This document shows positions 30,413 through 39,235 of a stretch of DNA of 64,000 nt, in pieces. Both the position numbers and the translations under genes were made by a program. Positions within the stretch are counted from its first letter, which is position 1, and each line of letters starts with the position of its first letter. Location of the stretch: the NCBI GenBank assembly GCA_965220965.1, contig OZ244852.1, forward strand, positions 832,001-896,000, in the 5' to 3' direction. The notes under the pieces are model-generated. The model was given only the letters and a program-made list of their open reading frames with translations. It had not been told where the DNA came from and ran no database searches. The DNA comes from Candidatus Marinacidobacterium sp. GTDB taxonomy: Bacteria; Acidobacteriota; Vicinamibacteria; Marinacidobacterales; Marinacidobacteraceae.

Positions 30413-31422
30413 TGATCGCGGCCGCGGCGCTGATCGCCGGCCTCTCGCTGGCCCCGTCCGCGGCGATGGCGAGCGACCGGGCTCTCATCGTCGTGGCCGG
30501 CGTCGGGGGCAGCCCCGAGCACCGCGAGCGGTTCACCGGCTGGGCGGTCTCGCTGTGTGAGGCCGCGCACCTCGGCCCCCGACCGCCGCGAGTCGAGCTG
30601 CTGGTCGAGCGGCCCGACCCCGAGGCTTCGGGCGTGTGCGCCCCCACCGGGCGCAGCCGCCGCGAGGAGATCGCCGCCCGGCTCTCCGCCGCCCGCGAGG
30701 ACGAGGAGCTGATGCTCGTGCTCATCGGGCACGGCAGCCGCGATCCCGGGGCGCGCTTCAACCTTCCCGGGCCCGACCTCTCGCCCGCCGATCTTGCCGG
30801 CATGCTCGACGGCTACGGCGGCGAGGTCACGGTGGCGCACCTCGGAAGCGCCTCCGGCGCGTTCCTCCCCGCGCTCTCCGGTCCGCGGCGGGTCATCCTC
30901 ACCGCGACCACCGCCACCCAGGCGAACGAGACCCGGTTCCCGAAGCATTTCGTCGAGGCGCTCACCGCGCGCGACGGGGAGGACGACCTCGACGCCGACC
31001 GGAACAAGGACGGGGTGCTGACCGCCCTCGAGGCCTTCGACTTCGCCCGCGCCGCGGTGGAGCGCGAGTACGAGGAGGCCGGCCTGCTGCGGACCGAGCA
31101 CCCGCTCCTCGACGACAACGGCGATGGCGCGGGCAGCCGCGAGCCCGGAACCGATCCGGGCGCGGACGGCGTTCTCGCCTCCCGCACCGCCGTGCTCCTC
31201 CTCGAGGGGACCGCGGCGCTCGAGGCGGCGGCGGCGGAAGACAACGAGGAGTTGCGCGCGCTCCTCGAGCGGCGCGACGAGCTGGCGGCGCAGGTGGACG
31301 TGCTCCGGGCGACGCGCGACGCGATCGACGAGGAGACCTACCTCAACGAACTGGAGGATCTGCTCCTCGAGATCGCCGCTCTCAACGAGGAGATCAGCGC
31401 CCTCCGGGAGCCGGGCTCGTGA
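30412..31422 (+). CDS. Exported caspase/legumain-like-fold hypothetical protein with EF-hand-like loop
   Basis: 'LIGHGS','FNLPGPD','GSASG','DRNKDGVLTALE'; C-terminal coiled coil; ATG overlaps the previous stop. Confidence 0.6.
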   Translation: MIAAAALIAGLSLAPSAAMASDRALIVVAGVGGSPEHRERFTGWAVSLCEAAHLGPRPPRVELLVERPDPEASGVCAPTGRSRREEIAARLSAAREDEELMLVLIGHGSRDPGARFNLPGPDLSPADLAGMLDGYGGEVTVAHLGSASGAFLPALSGPRRVILTATTATQANETRFPKHFVEALTARDGEDDLDADRNKDGVLTALEAFDFARAAVEREYEEAGLLRTEHPLLDDNGDGAGSREPGTDPGADGVLASRTAVLLLEGTAALEAAAAEDNEELRALLERRDELAAQVDVLRATRDAIDEETYLNELEDLLLEIAALNEEISALREPGS

Positions 31423-34148
31423 GGCTCGGACTCTTCGCGCTCGCCGGGGCGCTCGGGTTCGGCCTGTCGGGCCCGTCGGCGGCGTCCGGCTGGCCGGAGG
31501 GACCGGAGGCGGCGGCCGCGGCCCTGCGAAGCGGGGACTGGGAGGCCGCCGAACGCGAGTACCGCGGCTTCGTGGAGGGCCCTGGCTGCGCGCGCGACGC
31601 GGCCGCTGGCGAGAGCTGCATCGCGGCGCGCCGCGGCCTCGCCGAGACGCTGCGCCTCACCGGTCGCTACGCCGACGCCGTCGAGGTCCTCGAAGCGGAG
31701 GCGGCGTCGTCGTCGCCCGGCGTCCTGCTGGACCGGGCCCGGATCCATCTGGAGGTCGGGGAAGCGGGCGCCGCGTCCGGGCTGCTCCGGCGGCTGCTGG
31801 TGGCGCCCGGCCCCGGTTCGCTCTCCGAGACGGTCGAGGCGGCGTCGCTTCTCGGGCGCCTCGAACTGCGGCTCGGGGAGCGCGAGTCCGGGCTGGCCCG
31901 CCTCGACGGGGTGCTGGACGCCTACAACACCGCGCCGGTCGCGGCGTTCACGCCGCGCGGCCTGGTCGCGGTGGGGACCGCGGCGGCGACCCTCGGCTTC
32001 CAGAGCTCGGGCCTCTTCCGCGACGCGCTTCGCGTCTTCGACGACGCGGCGGCGCTCGATCCCGACGACCCGGCCCCCCGCATCGCCGCCGGGGAGCTTC
32101 TCCTGTCCAAGTTCAACAGCGCCGAGGCGCTCGAGAGCTTCCAGGCGGTCCTTTCCGGGAACCCCCGGCATCCGGAGGCGCTCTTCGGTGTGGCGCGGAT
32201 CCCGGCGGCGATGCGCGGCCCCCAGATCCCCGGCGCCGCGCCCGACGGGGCCGGCGGCCCCCTGGAGCGGGCGCTCGAGGCGAACCCGGTCCACCCGCCG
32301 GCGCGGGCGCTCGAGATCCACCGGCTCCTCGAGGCCGGACGCCTCGAAGAAGCCCGGGCCCGGGCGGAGGATGCGGCGGAGGCGCTGCCGAAGGCCTCCG
32401 AAGTCCTGGTCGCGCTCGGCGCGGTTCGGTTCGTCGGTGACGACCAGGACGCGCTGCGGGACATCGAGGCGCGATTCGTCGCGGCGTGGCCGGGCGACCC
32501 GGCGTTCCACATCGGGATGGCGGAGGCGGCGGAACGCCAGCGCCTCTACCGGGAGGCGGGGGAACGGGCGAGGGCGGCGCTCGCGCTGGCGCCCGCTTCG
32601 GCGGGGGCGGCGCGGCTCCTCGGGCTGAACCAGCTTCGTCTCGGCGACATCGAGGACGGCCGGCAGACCCTCGCCGCCGCCTTCGAGCGGGATCCGTTCG
32701 ACGCGCTGCTCAAGAACAACCTCGACCTGCTCGACGAGCTCGCCGGGTTCGAGGCGCTGGAGGCGCCGCCGTTCGACATCGCGCTGCCCGCCGACGAGGC
32801 GGAGCTTCTCGGCCCCTACGTCGCCGAGGTCGCCGCCGAGGCGCTCGAGACGTTCCGGGACCGCTACGGATTCGAGCCGCAGGAGACGATCCGGATCGAG
32901 ATGTACGACCGGTCGGCGGATTTCTCGGTGCGCACCGTCGGCATCCCGGGCATCGGGGCCCACGGGGTCTGTTTCGGAGTGGTGGTCGCGATGGAGTCGC
33001 CCTCGGCGCGCGAGGTGGGGAGCTACCACTGGGCATCCACGCTGTGGCACGAGCTGGCCCATGCGGTCCACATGGGCATGACCGGCAACCGGGTTCCGCG
33101 CTGGTTCACCGAGGGCCTCAGCGTCCTTGAGGAGCGTCGCCGCTTCGGCGACGGCGCTCCGTTCCTCTTCTACGCGGCGCTTCGCGACGACCGGCTGCTC
33201 GACCTGCCGCACCTCGACGAGGGCTTCATCCGTCCGACATGGCCGGGGCAGGTGGGCGTGTCCTACTTCCACGCCTCGCTGGTGCTCGAGACGATGGAGG
33301 ACCTCTACGGCTTCGGGTCGATTCTCGCGGCGCTCAAGGGCTTCCGCGAGGGGCGCGACTTTTCGGAGACGCTCCAGGAGACCGCCGGAGTGTCCGCCGA
33401 GGAGCTCGACGAGCTGGTGGACGCGGTGATCGAGGAGCGCTACGGCGCGGCGGCCCGGAACCTCTCGCAGCCTCCGGGCCCGCGCGGCGGGGTTGGGCCG
33501 CCGGCGCCGGCGGCTCCGGCGCAAGGGGCGGTTGGCGGTCCGGACGAGCTGCTGGCGGCGGCCGACGCCGCGCCGGAGGACTTCGTGCGCCAGTTGCGCG
33601 CCGGAGCGGCGCTCGCCGAGGCCGGGCGGGACGAGGAGGCGGAGGAGCGCCTGATGCGCGCGCTGGAGATCGCCCCCGGCTACGGGGGAGCGGACGGGCC
33701 CCGGCTCTTCCTGTCGCGGATCCACGAGCGCGCCGGGCGAACCCTCGAGGCGGAGCGGGCGCTCTCGGAACATCTGGCCCGGGCGCCGGCCGCTTACGAG
33801 GAGTGGGTCCGGCTCGCCGCCTTGCGCCGCGACGCCGGCAACCTCCGCGGGGCGGCGGCCGCGCTGACCGCCGCCGGGGGGGCGTACCCGTTCTTTCCCG
33901 AGTCCCACATCCAGCTCGCGGATCTGGCGGCCGAACTCGGTGAGACCGGTCTCGAGATCAGGGAGCGCGAGGCGGTTCTCGCCTCGGGCGCTCCCGACCG
34001 CGCCGAAGCCCTCTACCGCCTGGCGCTCGCCCACGCCCGCGCCGGGGAACCGGCGAGAGCTCGTCGCCGGGTTCTCGAGGCGCTCGAGATCGCGCCGACC
34101 TACGACCCGGCGCTGCGGCTGCTGGTGGATCTCCGGAGCGCGCGATGA
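31419..34148 (+). CDS. TPR-repeat protein with gluzincin (peptidase MA-like) domain
   Basis: Many TPRs flanking 'HELAH...PRWFTEGLS'; GTGA overlap with the upstream gene. Confidence 0.8.
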   Translation: MRLGLFALAGALGFGLSGPSAASGWPEGPEAAAAALRSGDWEAAEREYRGFVEGPGCARDAAAGESCIAARRGLAETLRLTGRYADAVEVLEAEAASSSPGVLLDRARIHLEVGEAGAASGLLRRLLVAPGPGSLSETVEAASLLGRLELRLGERESGLARLDGVLDAYNTAPVAAFTPRGLVAVGTAAATLGFQSSGLFRDALRVFDDAAALDPDDPAPRIAAGELLLSKFNSAEALESFQAVLSGNPRHPEALFGVARIPAAMRGPQIPGAAPDGAGGPLERALEANPVHPPARALEIHRLLEAGRLEEARARAEDAAEALPKASEVLVALGAVRFVGDDQDALRDIEARFVAAWPGDPAFHIGMAEAAERQRLYREAGERARAALALAPASAGAARLLGLNQLRLGDIEDGRQTLAAAFERDPFDALLKNNLDLLDELAGFEALEAPPFDIALPADEAELLGPYVAEVAAEALETFRDRYGFEPQETIRIEMYDRSADFSVRTVGIPGIGAHGVCFGVVVAMESPSAREVGSYHWASTLWHELAHAVHMGMTGNRVPRWFTEGLSVLEERRRFGDGAPFLFYAALRDDRLLDLPHLDEGFIRPTWPGQVGVSYFHASLVLETMEDLYGFGSILAALKGFREGRDFSETLQETAGVSAEELDELVDAVIEERYGAAARNLSQPPGPRGGVGPPAPAAPAQGAVGGPDELLAAADAAPEDFVRQLRAGAALAEAGRDEEAEERLMRALEIAPGYGGADGPRLFLSRIHERAGRTLEAERALSEHLARAPAAYEEWVRLAALRRDAGNLRGAAAALTAAGGAYPFFPESHIQLADLAAELGETGLEIREREAVLASGAPDRAEALYRLALAHARAGEPARARRRVLEALEIAPTYDPALRLLVDLRSAR

Positions 34149-35014
34149 GACCCCGGCTCGTCGTCGTCGCGGTGGTCGCCGCCCTGCTCGTCGGCGCCGG
34201 CGGTCTGGTCGCGGCGGGCTGGGCCACCGCCGGCTGGAGCGTGGCCGGGCTGCCCGGAATCGGGGTGGCCGGATCCGGCGCCGACGAGCTGACCGCGACC
34301 TTCCGCCCCGATCCGAACGCTGTAGAGCTGCCTCTCGACTACGAGAACCGGCGCTACGACGATGAGTTCACCTTCGCGCGCATCCGGTTCGAGCCGCCCG
34401 CCTACCGCCGGGGCCGGTTCTACTGGGGCCTCGACCTGAAGTGGAACCACGACTACCCCTGGGGCGAGGAGAACCTTGCGCTCATCCTCTCCGAGTACAC
34501 GTCGATCCAGGTGAAGCAGGGCGTGGGGGATATCTGGTCCCTCAACGAGCCCGAACTCTTCCGCCGTCCCTTCGCCTACCTCTGCGAGGTGGGGTTCTGG
34601 CATCCGAGCCCGCAGGAGGCCGAGAACCTGCGGGCCTGGCTCCTCAAGGGGGGCTTCCTCGTCGTGGACGACTTCTTCGAGCCGTTCGCGCTCGGGAACT
34701 TTCTCGAGCAGATGGAGCTGGTTCTGCCCGGCTACGATGCGGTGAGGCTGGACGTGACCCATCCGGTCTTCGACTCCTTCTTCCACATCGAGACCCTCGA
34801 TTTCGAGCACCCGGGGCTGCCCCACCTCGTTCCCGAGTACTACGGTTTCTTCGAGGACAACGATCCGACCCGGCGACTCATGCTGATCGCCAACTACAAC
34901 CACGACATCGGCGACTACTGGGAGCACTCGGGGAGCGACTTCTGGCCGGTCGCGCTGACGAACGAGGCGTTCAAGTTCGGTGTCAACTACGTCATCTACG
35001 GGATGACGCACTGA
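34145..35014 (+). CDS. DUF4159-domain protein (copy 2)
   Basis: 'WNHDYP','GGFLVVDDF','HPVFDSFF','DIGDYWE','GVNYVIYGMTH'. Confidence 0.85.
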   Translation: MRPRLVVVAVVAALLVGAGGLVAAGWATAGWSVAGLPGIGVAGSGADELTATFRPDPNAVELPLDYENRRYDDEFTFARIRFEPPAYRRGRFYWGLDLKWNHDYPWGEENLALILSEYTSIQVKQGVGDIWSLNEPELFRRPFAYLCEVGFWHPSPQEAENLRAWLLKGGFLVVDDFFEPFALGNFLEQMELVLPGYDAVRLDVTHPVFDSFFHIETLDFEHPGLPHLVPEYYGFFEDNDPTRRLMLIANYNHDIGDYWEHSGSDFWPVALTNEAFKFGVNYVIYGMTH

Positions 35015-35044
35015 CGGGCCCTGAGCCCGGACAAGGAGATCTCC

Positions 35045-36136
35045 TTGACTGAAGACGCAAGGGAAGCCGGCGGCGCCGCGCTCGCCGCCGCCCCCGACGA
35101 GACCGCGATCGAGGCTCCCGCCGGGGGGGCCCTCACCGTGTCCGACGCCGATATCGCCGGACAACTGCGGGACGCCACCGAGCGGATCACCGCCGAGATC
35201 GGCAAGCGGATCATCGGCCAGGAGACAGCGCTCGAGCAGGTCCTCATCAGCCTCTTCGTCGGGGGCAACAGCATCATCACCGGCGTTCCCGGCCTCGCCA
35301 AGACGCTCATCGTGCAGACGCTCTCCGAGGTGCTGTCGCTCGATTTCCGGCGCATCCAGTTCACCCCGGACCTGATGCCCTCGGACATCACCGGCACCGA
35401 CATCATCCAGGAGAACCCCGAGACCGGGAAGCGGAACCTGGTCTTCGTGAAGGGCCCGGTCTTCTCGAACATCGTGCTGGCGGACGAAATCAACCGGACG
35501 CCTCCGAAGACGCAGTCGGCGCTCCTGGAGGCGATGCAGGAGCACCAGGTCACGGTGCAGGGCCGGACCTACCCGCTCCCCGAGCCCTACTTCGTCTTCG
35601 CCACGCAGAACCCCATCGAGCTCGAGGGGACCTACCCGCTCCCCGAGGCCCAGCTCGACCGTTTCCTGTTCAACATCATCATCGACTACCTGCCGGTGGA
35701 GCAGGAACGCGAGGTCGTGCGCGAGACGACCTCGGACGAGACCGCCGAGCTCCGGCAGGTCCTCTCCGGCGAGCAGATCGTCGAGTTCCAGCATCTGGTC
35801 CGCCGGGTGCCGGTGACCGATGCGGTGCTGGCCTACGCGGTGGATCTGGCGCGGCGCACCCGGCCCGGATCGTCGGCGGCGCCGGCGTTCATCCGCGAGC
35901 AGGTGGAGTACGGCGCGAGCGTCCGGGCGGCCCAGTTCGCCATCCTCGCCGGGAAGGCGCGCGCGCTCATGCGGGGCCGTCATCACGTGGCGGTCGAGGA
36001 CATCCGCGCGCTCGCCGCGCCCATCTTCCGCCACCGCATCCTGCCCAGCTTCCAGGCGCGGGCCGAGAAGATCGACTCCGAGGCGATCATCGCCCGCGTT
36101 CTCGAGGAGACGCCGCTCCCGGCGTCCCGGATGTAG
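35045..36136 (+). CDS. MoxR-family AAA+ ATPase
   Basis: 'GVPGLAKT','RIQFTPDLMPSDITG','LADEINRTPPKTQSALLE','ATQNPIE','EAQLDRF'. Confidence 0.95.
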   Translation: MTEDAREAGGAALAAAPDETAIEAPAGGALTVSDADIAGQLRDATERITAEIGKRIIGQETALEQVLISLFVGGNSIITGVPGLAKTLIVQTLSEVLSLDFRRIQFTPDLMPSDITGTDIIQENPETGKRNLVFVKGPVFSNIVLADEINRTPPKTQSALLEAMQEHQVTVQGRTYPLPEPYFVFATQNPIELEGTYPLPEAQLDRFLFNIIIDYLPVEQEREVVRETTSDETAELRQVLSGEQIVEFQHLVRRVPVTDAVLAYAVDLARRTRPGSSAAPAFIREQVEYGASVRAAQFAILAGKARALMRGRHHVAVEDIRALAAPIFRHRILPSFQARAEKIDSEAIIARVLEETPLPASRM

Positions 36137-36188
36137 GAATCGGGCTTGAACTCCAGCGCTCGTCGGCGCGCGGTATCCGCGAGGAACG

Positions 36189-37142
36189 ATGGATAGCGCC
36201 CGGTTCGTGGACCCGGTCGCGCTCGCGCGGATCGGCAACCTGTCGCTGGTGGCCCGGATGGTCGTCCAGGGGTTCATCAGCGGGCTTCACCGCTCCTCGG
36301 TTCTGGGCCGCTCGATCGACTTCGCCGAGCACCGGCCCTACATGCCGGGGGACGACATCCGCCGCCTCGACTGGCGGCTGTTCGCACGCTCCGACCGGTT
36401 CCACGTGAAGGAGTTCGAGGCGGACACCAACGCCAACTTCGTGGTGGCGCTCGACGCTTCGCGCTCGATGGACTACGGCCTCGCCGGCGCCAGAAAACTC
36501 GACTACGCCCGGATGCTGGCGGGCAGCCTGACGGCCTTCTCCCGCTCGCAGCGCGACCGGGTGGGCCTCGGGGTGTTCGACGACGACCTGCTCGAGTTCG
36601 TCCCGCCGTCGGCCCGCCATCTGGACACCGTGCTCGAGCATCTGGCGCGCGCGGAGCCTCCCCCGGGCGCCGCCTCGGGCGGGGAGGGGTCGCGGCTCTC
36701 CCGGCCGCTCCGGAGCCTGGGGGCCGCGCTCGGCCGGCGAGGCCTGGTGGCGGTCGTCTCTGACCTCTACGAGTCGCCGGAGGACATCCTCACCGCGTTC
36801 GACGCGCTGCGGGCCACCGGCCACGACCTTATGGTCTTCCACGTCCTCGACCCCTCCGAGCTGGACCTCGATCTGAGCGGAACCCCCGGCTTCGAGGAGT
36901 CGGGCGCGCGGTTCCAGGATCTGGAGTCCGGCGCGGTGCTCGACCTGTCCCCCTCGAAAGCGCGCGCCGCCTATCGGTCCGCGATGGAGGAGCACATCGC
37001 CGAGTTGCGCGCCGGCTTCGGCCGCGCCGGCGTGGACTACATCCTGACGGACACTTCGGTCCCGCTCGACTTCGTGCTGTTCCGCTATCTCGTCGAGCGC
37101 GAGAACCGGATCGGCGCCCGGAGAGGGGCCCAGCGGCAGTGA
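36189..37142 (+). CDS. DUF58 (VWA-like) MoxR-associated protein
   Basis: 'GLHRS...DFAEHRPY.PGDDIRRLDW','DASRSM','VSDL'. Confidence 0.92.
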   Translation: MDSARFVDPVALARIGNLSLVARMVVQGFISGLHRSSVLGRSIDFAEHRPYMPGDDIRRLDWRLFARSDRFHVKEFEADTNANFVVALDASRSMDYGLAGARKLDYARMLAGSLTAFSRSQRDRVGLGVFDDDLLEFVPPSARHLDTVLEHLARAEPPPGAASGGEGSRLSRPLRSLGAALGRRGLVAVVSDLYESPEDILTAFDALRATGHDLMVFHVLDPSELDLDLSGTPGFEESGARFQDLESGAVLDLSPSKARAAYRSAMEEHIAELRAGFGRAGVDYILTDTSVPLDFVLFRYLVERENRIGARRGAQRQ

Positions 37143-39214
37143 GTTTCCTCGCCCCCCTCTTCCTGCTCGGCGGCCTGCTCGTCGCGCTCCCCATCGTCCT
37201 GCATCTGACGCGGCGGCGCCGCGAGCCGATCCCGTTCCCGTCGTTCCTGCTGCTCCGCGCCACGGCGGCCACCGCCCGCTGGAAGCGCCGGCGGTTCCGC
37301 CACATCCCGCTCCTGATCCTGCGCTGCCTCGCGCTCGCGCTCATCGCCGCCGCCTTCGCCCGGCCGCTGATGGAGCGGGACGAGACGGATCCGGCCAGCG
37401 CCGCGGCGCCGCTGGACCTCGCAGTGCTGCTCGACCGCTCGGCGAGCATGGCGATCCCGGGGCGCATGGACGCGGCGCGGGCGGCCGCGCTCGAGGAGCT
37501 CGGCGCGCTCGGCCGCGGAGACCGCGCGCTCGTCGCCTCCTTCGCCGACCGGGCGGTGGGGCTCTCGGAACTCACCGAGGACATCGACGCGCTCCGCGCT
37601 GAAGTCGACCGGATCGTCCCCGGCGACGGCGCCACCCGGTTCTCGGCGGCGCTCGGCCTCGCCGGAAGACTGCTCCCCGCAACCCGCGGCCGGCGGCGGG
37701 AGGTCGTGTTGATTTCCGACCTGCAGCGCACCGGTTTCGAGGACGGGATCCCGTCCCCGAGCCTGCCGCCGGGCGTCGGGCTTCGCGTCCGCCGGGTCGG
37801 AGGCGAGCCGCCGCGCAACCTCGGGGTTCGCGAGGTCCAGGTCGCGGCCGACGGCGGAGATCGGATCGCGGTCACCGCCTCGCTCCAGGTCGCCGGCGTC
37901 GCACCGGAGGAGACGGTCGAGGCCACGGCGGAGCTTTGGGTCGCGGGCGAGGCGGTGGACCGGCAGACGGTTTCGCTCGCCGGGGACCGCGCCGCGAGCG
38001 TGCGGTTTGCCTCGACCCCCGCGCCCACCGAGGCGCGCGAGGCCGAGGTCCGGCTGCCCGAAGATGCGTTCGCCGCGGACAACCGGTTGCGGTTCGTGAT
38101 CCCGAGCGAGGCCGCGCTTCCGGTCACCGATCTCGGGGACGCGGACGCGCTCCACGTCCGTGAGGCGCTCGCGGTCGGGGTCGCTCCGGCCTTCGCGGTG
38201 TCCTCGGGACCGCTTCGGGGCGAGTCGGCGGTGGGCGCGGCGCTCGGCGGCGCCCGCGCGGCGCTCCTTCGGGATCCGGGTCGGCTGGACACCGGGGGCG
38301 CCCGCGCCGTGGCCGATTTCGTGCGCGGCGGCGGCGGAGTCGTGGCGGCGGTCGGATCCCGACGCATCCCGGATGCGGTGTGGGCGGAGCTCGAGGGGGT
38401 GTTTCCGGCGGCGGTCGGCGGCGTCGTGGACCGGGAGCCCGCCGGGCGCATCGGCGAGCTGAGCCGGCACCCGGTGTTCGCTCCGTTCACCGGGGAAGCG
38501 GCGTCTTCGCTGTCCCGCTCCGCGGTGTACCGCTACCGGGCGCTCTCCGAGCTGGCGGAAGGCGTCGAGACGCTGGCCCGCTTCGACGACGGCCGCCCGG
38601 CGCTTCTTTCGCGACGGACCGGAGAGGGGGTCGTCCTGCTGTTCGCCTCCTCGCTGGACGCCCGCTGGAACGATCTGCCGCGCCGACCGGCGTTCGTGCC
38701 GTTCCTGCACCGGATGGTGGAAGTGGCGGCCCGCCACGAGCGCCTCCCGGTGGCCTATCGGGTGGGCGACAGCGTCGAGCCGGTCCGGGCGTTCGGGTTG
38801 TCCGCGCCCGACGGCGACGCCGAGGTCCTCGTCGAGTCCCCCTCCGGCGAACGGGTCGTGATCCCGGACGCCGGCGCGCTGCGGATGGAGGAGGCCGGGT
38901 TCTTCCGCGGCCGGCGGACCGGCGCGGTGGGCGGAGCCCCGATTGCGGCGAACCCCGCTCCCGGGGAGGCCGACCTGCGGGTCTTCGACGTCGAGGAGGT
39001 TCGCCTCGGGGCGGCGGCGCGGGGGGTGGAGGCTGGTCCGGAGGGCGAGGCGGACGCCGCCGCGGACGCCGGATTCCTCCCGGGGACTCCGCTCTGGTGG
39101 GCGCTCCTCGTGGTCCTCGGCTTGCTCCTCGTGGTCGAGGTCATGACCGCGAACCGTTTCACGCCGTCGCGCGCCCGCGCCGGGCGCGATCCCGGCTCCT
39201 ATACTGTGGCCTGA
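37139..39214 (+). CDS. BatA-domain / VWA membrane protein
   Basis: 'FLAPLFL...LPIVLHL' BatA N-terminus, 'AFARP','DRSASM','ISDLQ', C-terminal TM 'LWW..LL.VE'. Confidence 0.85.
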   Translation: MSFLAPLFLLGGLLVALPIVLHLTRRRREPIPFPSFLLLRATAATARWKRRRFRHIPLLILRCLALALIAAAFARPLMERDETDPASAAAPLDLAVLLDRSASMAIPGRMDAARAAALEELGALGRGDRALVASFADRAVGLSELTEDIDALRAEVDRIVPGDGATRFSAALGLAGRLLPATRGRRREVVLISDLQRTGFEDGIPSPSLPPGVGLRVRRVGGEPPRNLGVREVQVAADGGDRIAVTASLQVAGVAPEETVEATAELWVAGEAVDRQTVSLAGDRAASVRFASTPAPTEAREAEVRLPEDAFAADNRLRFVIPSEAALPVTDLGDADALHVREALAVGVAPAFAVSSGPLRGESAVGAALGGARAALLRDPGRLDTGGARAVADFVRGGGGVVAAVGSRRIPDAVWAELEGVFPAAVGGVVDREPAGRIGELSRHPVFAPFTGEAASSLSRSAVYRYRALSELAEGVETLARFDDGRPALLSRRTGEGVVLLFASSLDARWNDLPRRPAFVPFLHRMVEVAARHERLPVAYRVGDSVEPVRAFGLSAPDGDAEVLVESPSGERVVIPDAGALRMEEAGFFRGRRTGAVGGAPIAANPAPGEADLRVFDVEEVRLGAAARGVEAGPEGEADAAADAGFLPGTPLWWALLVVLGLLLVVEVMTANRFTPSRARAGRDPGSYTVA

Positions 39215-39235
39215 CCGGCAAGGAGCGCCCCTTCC

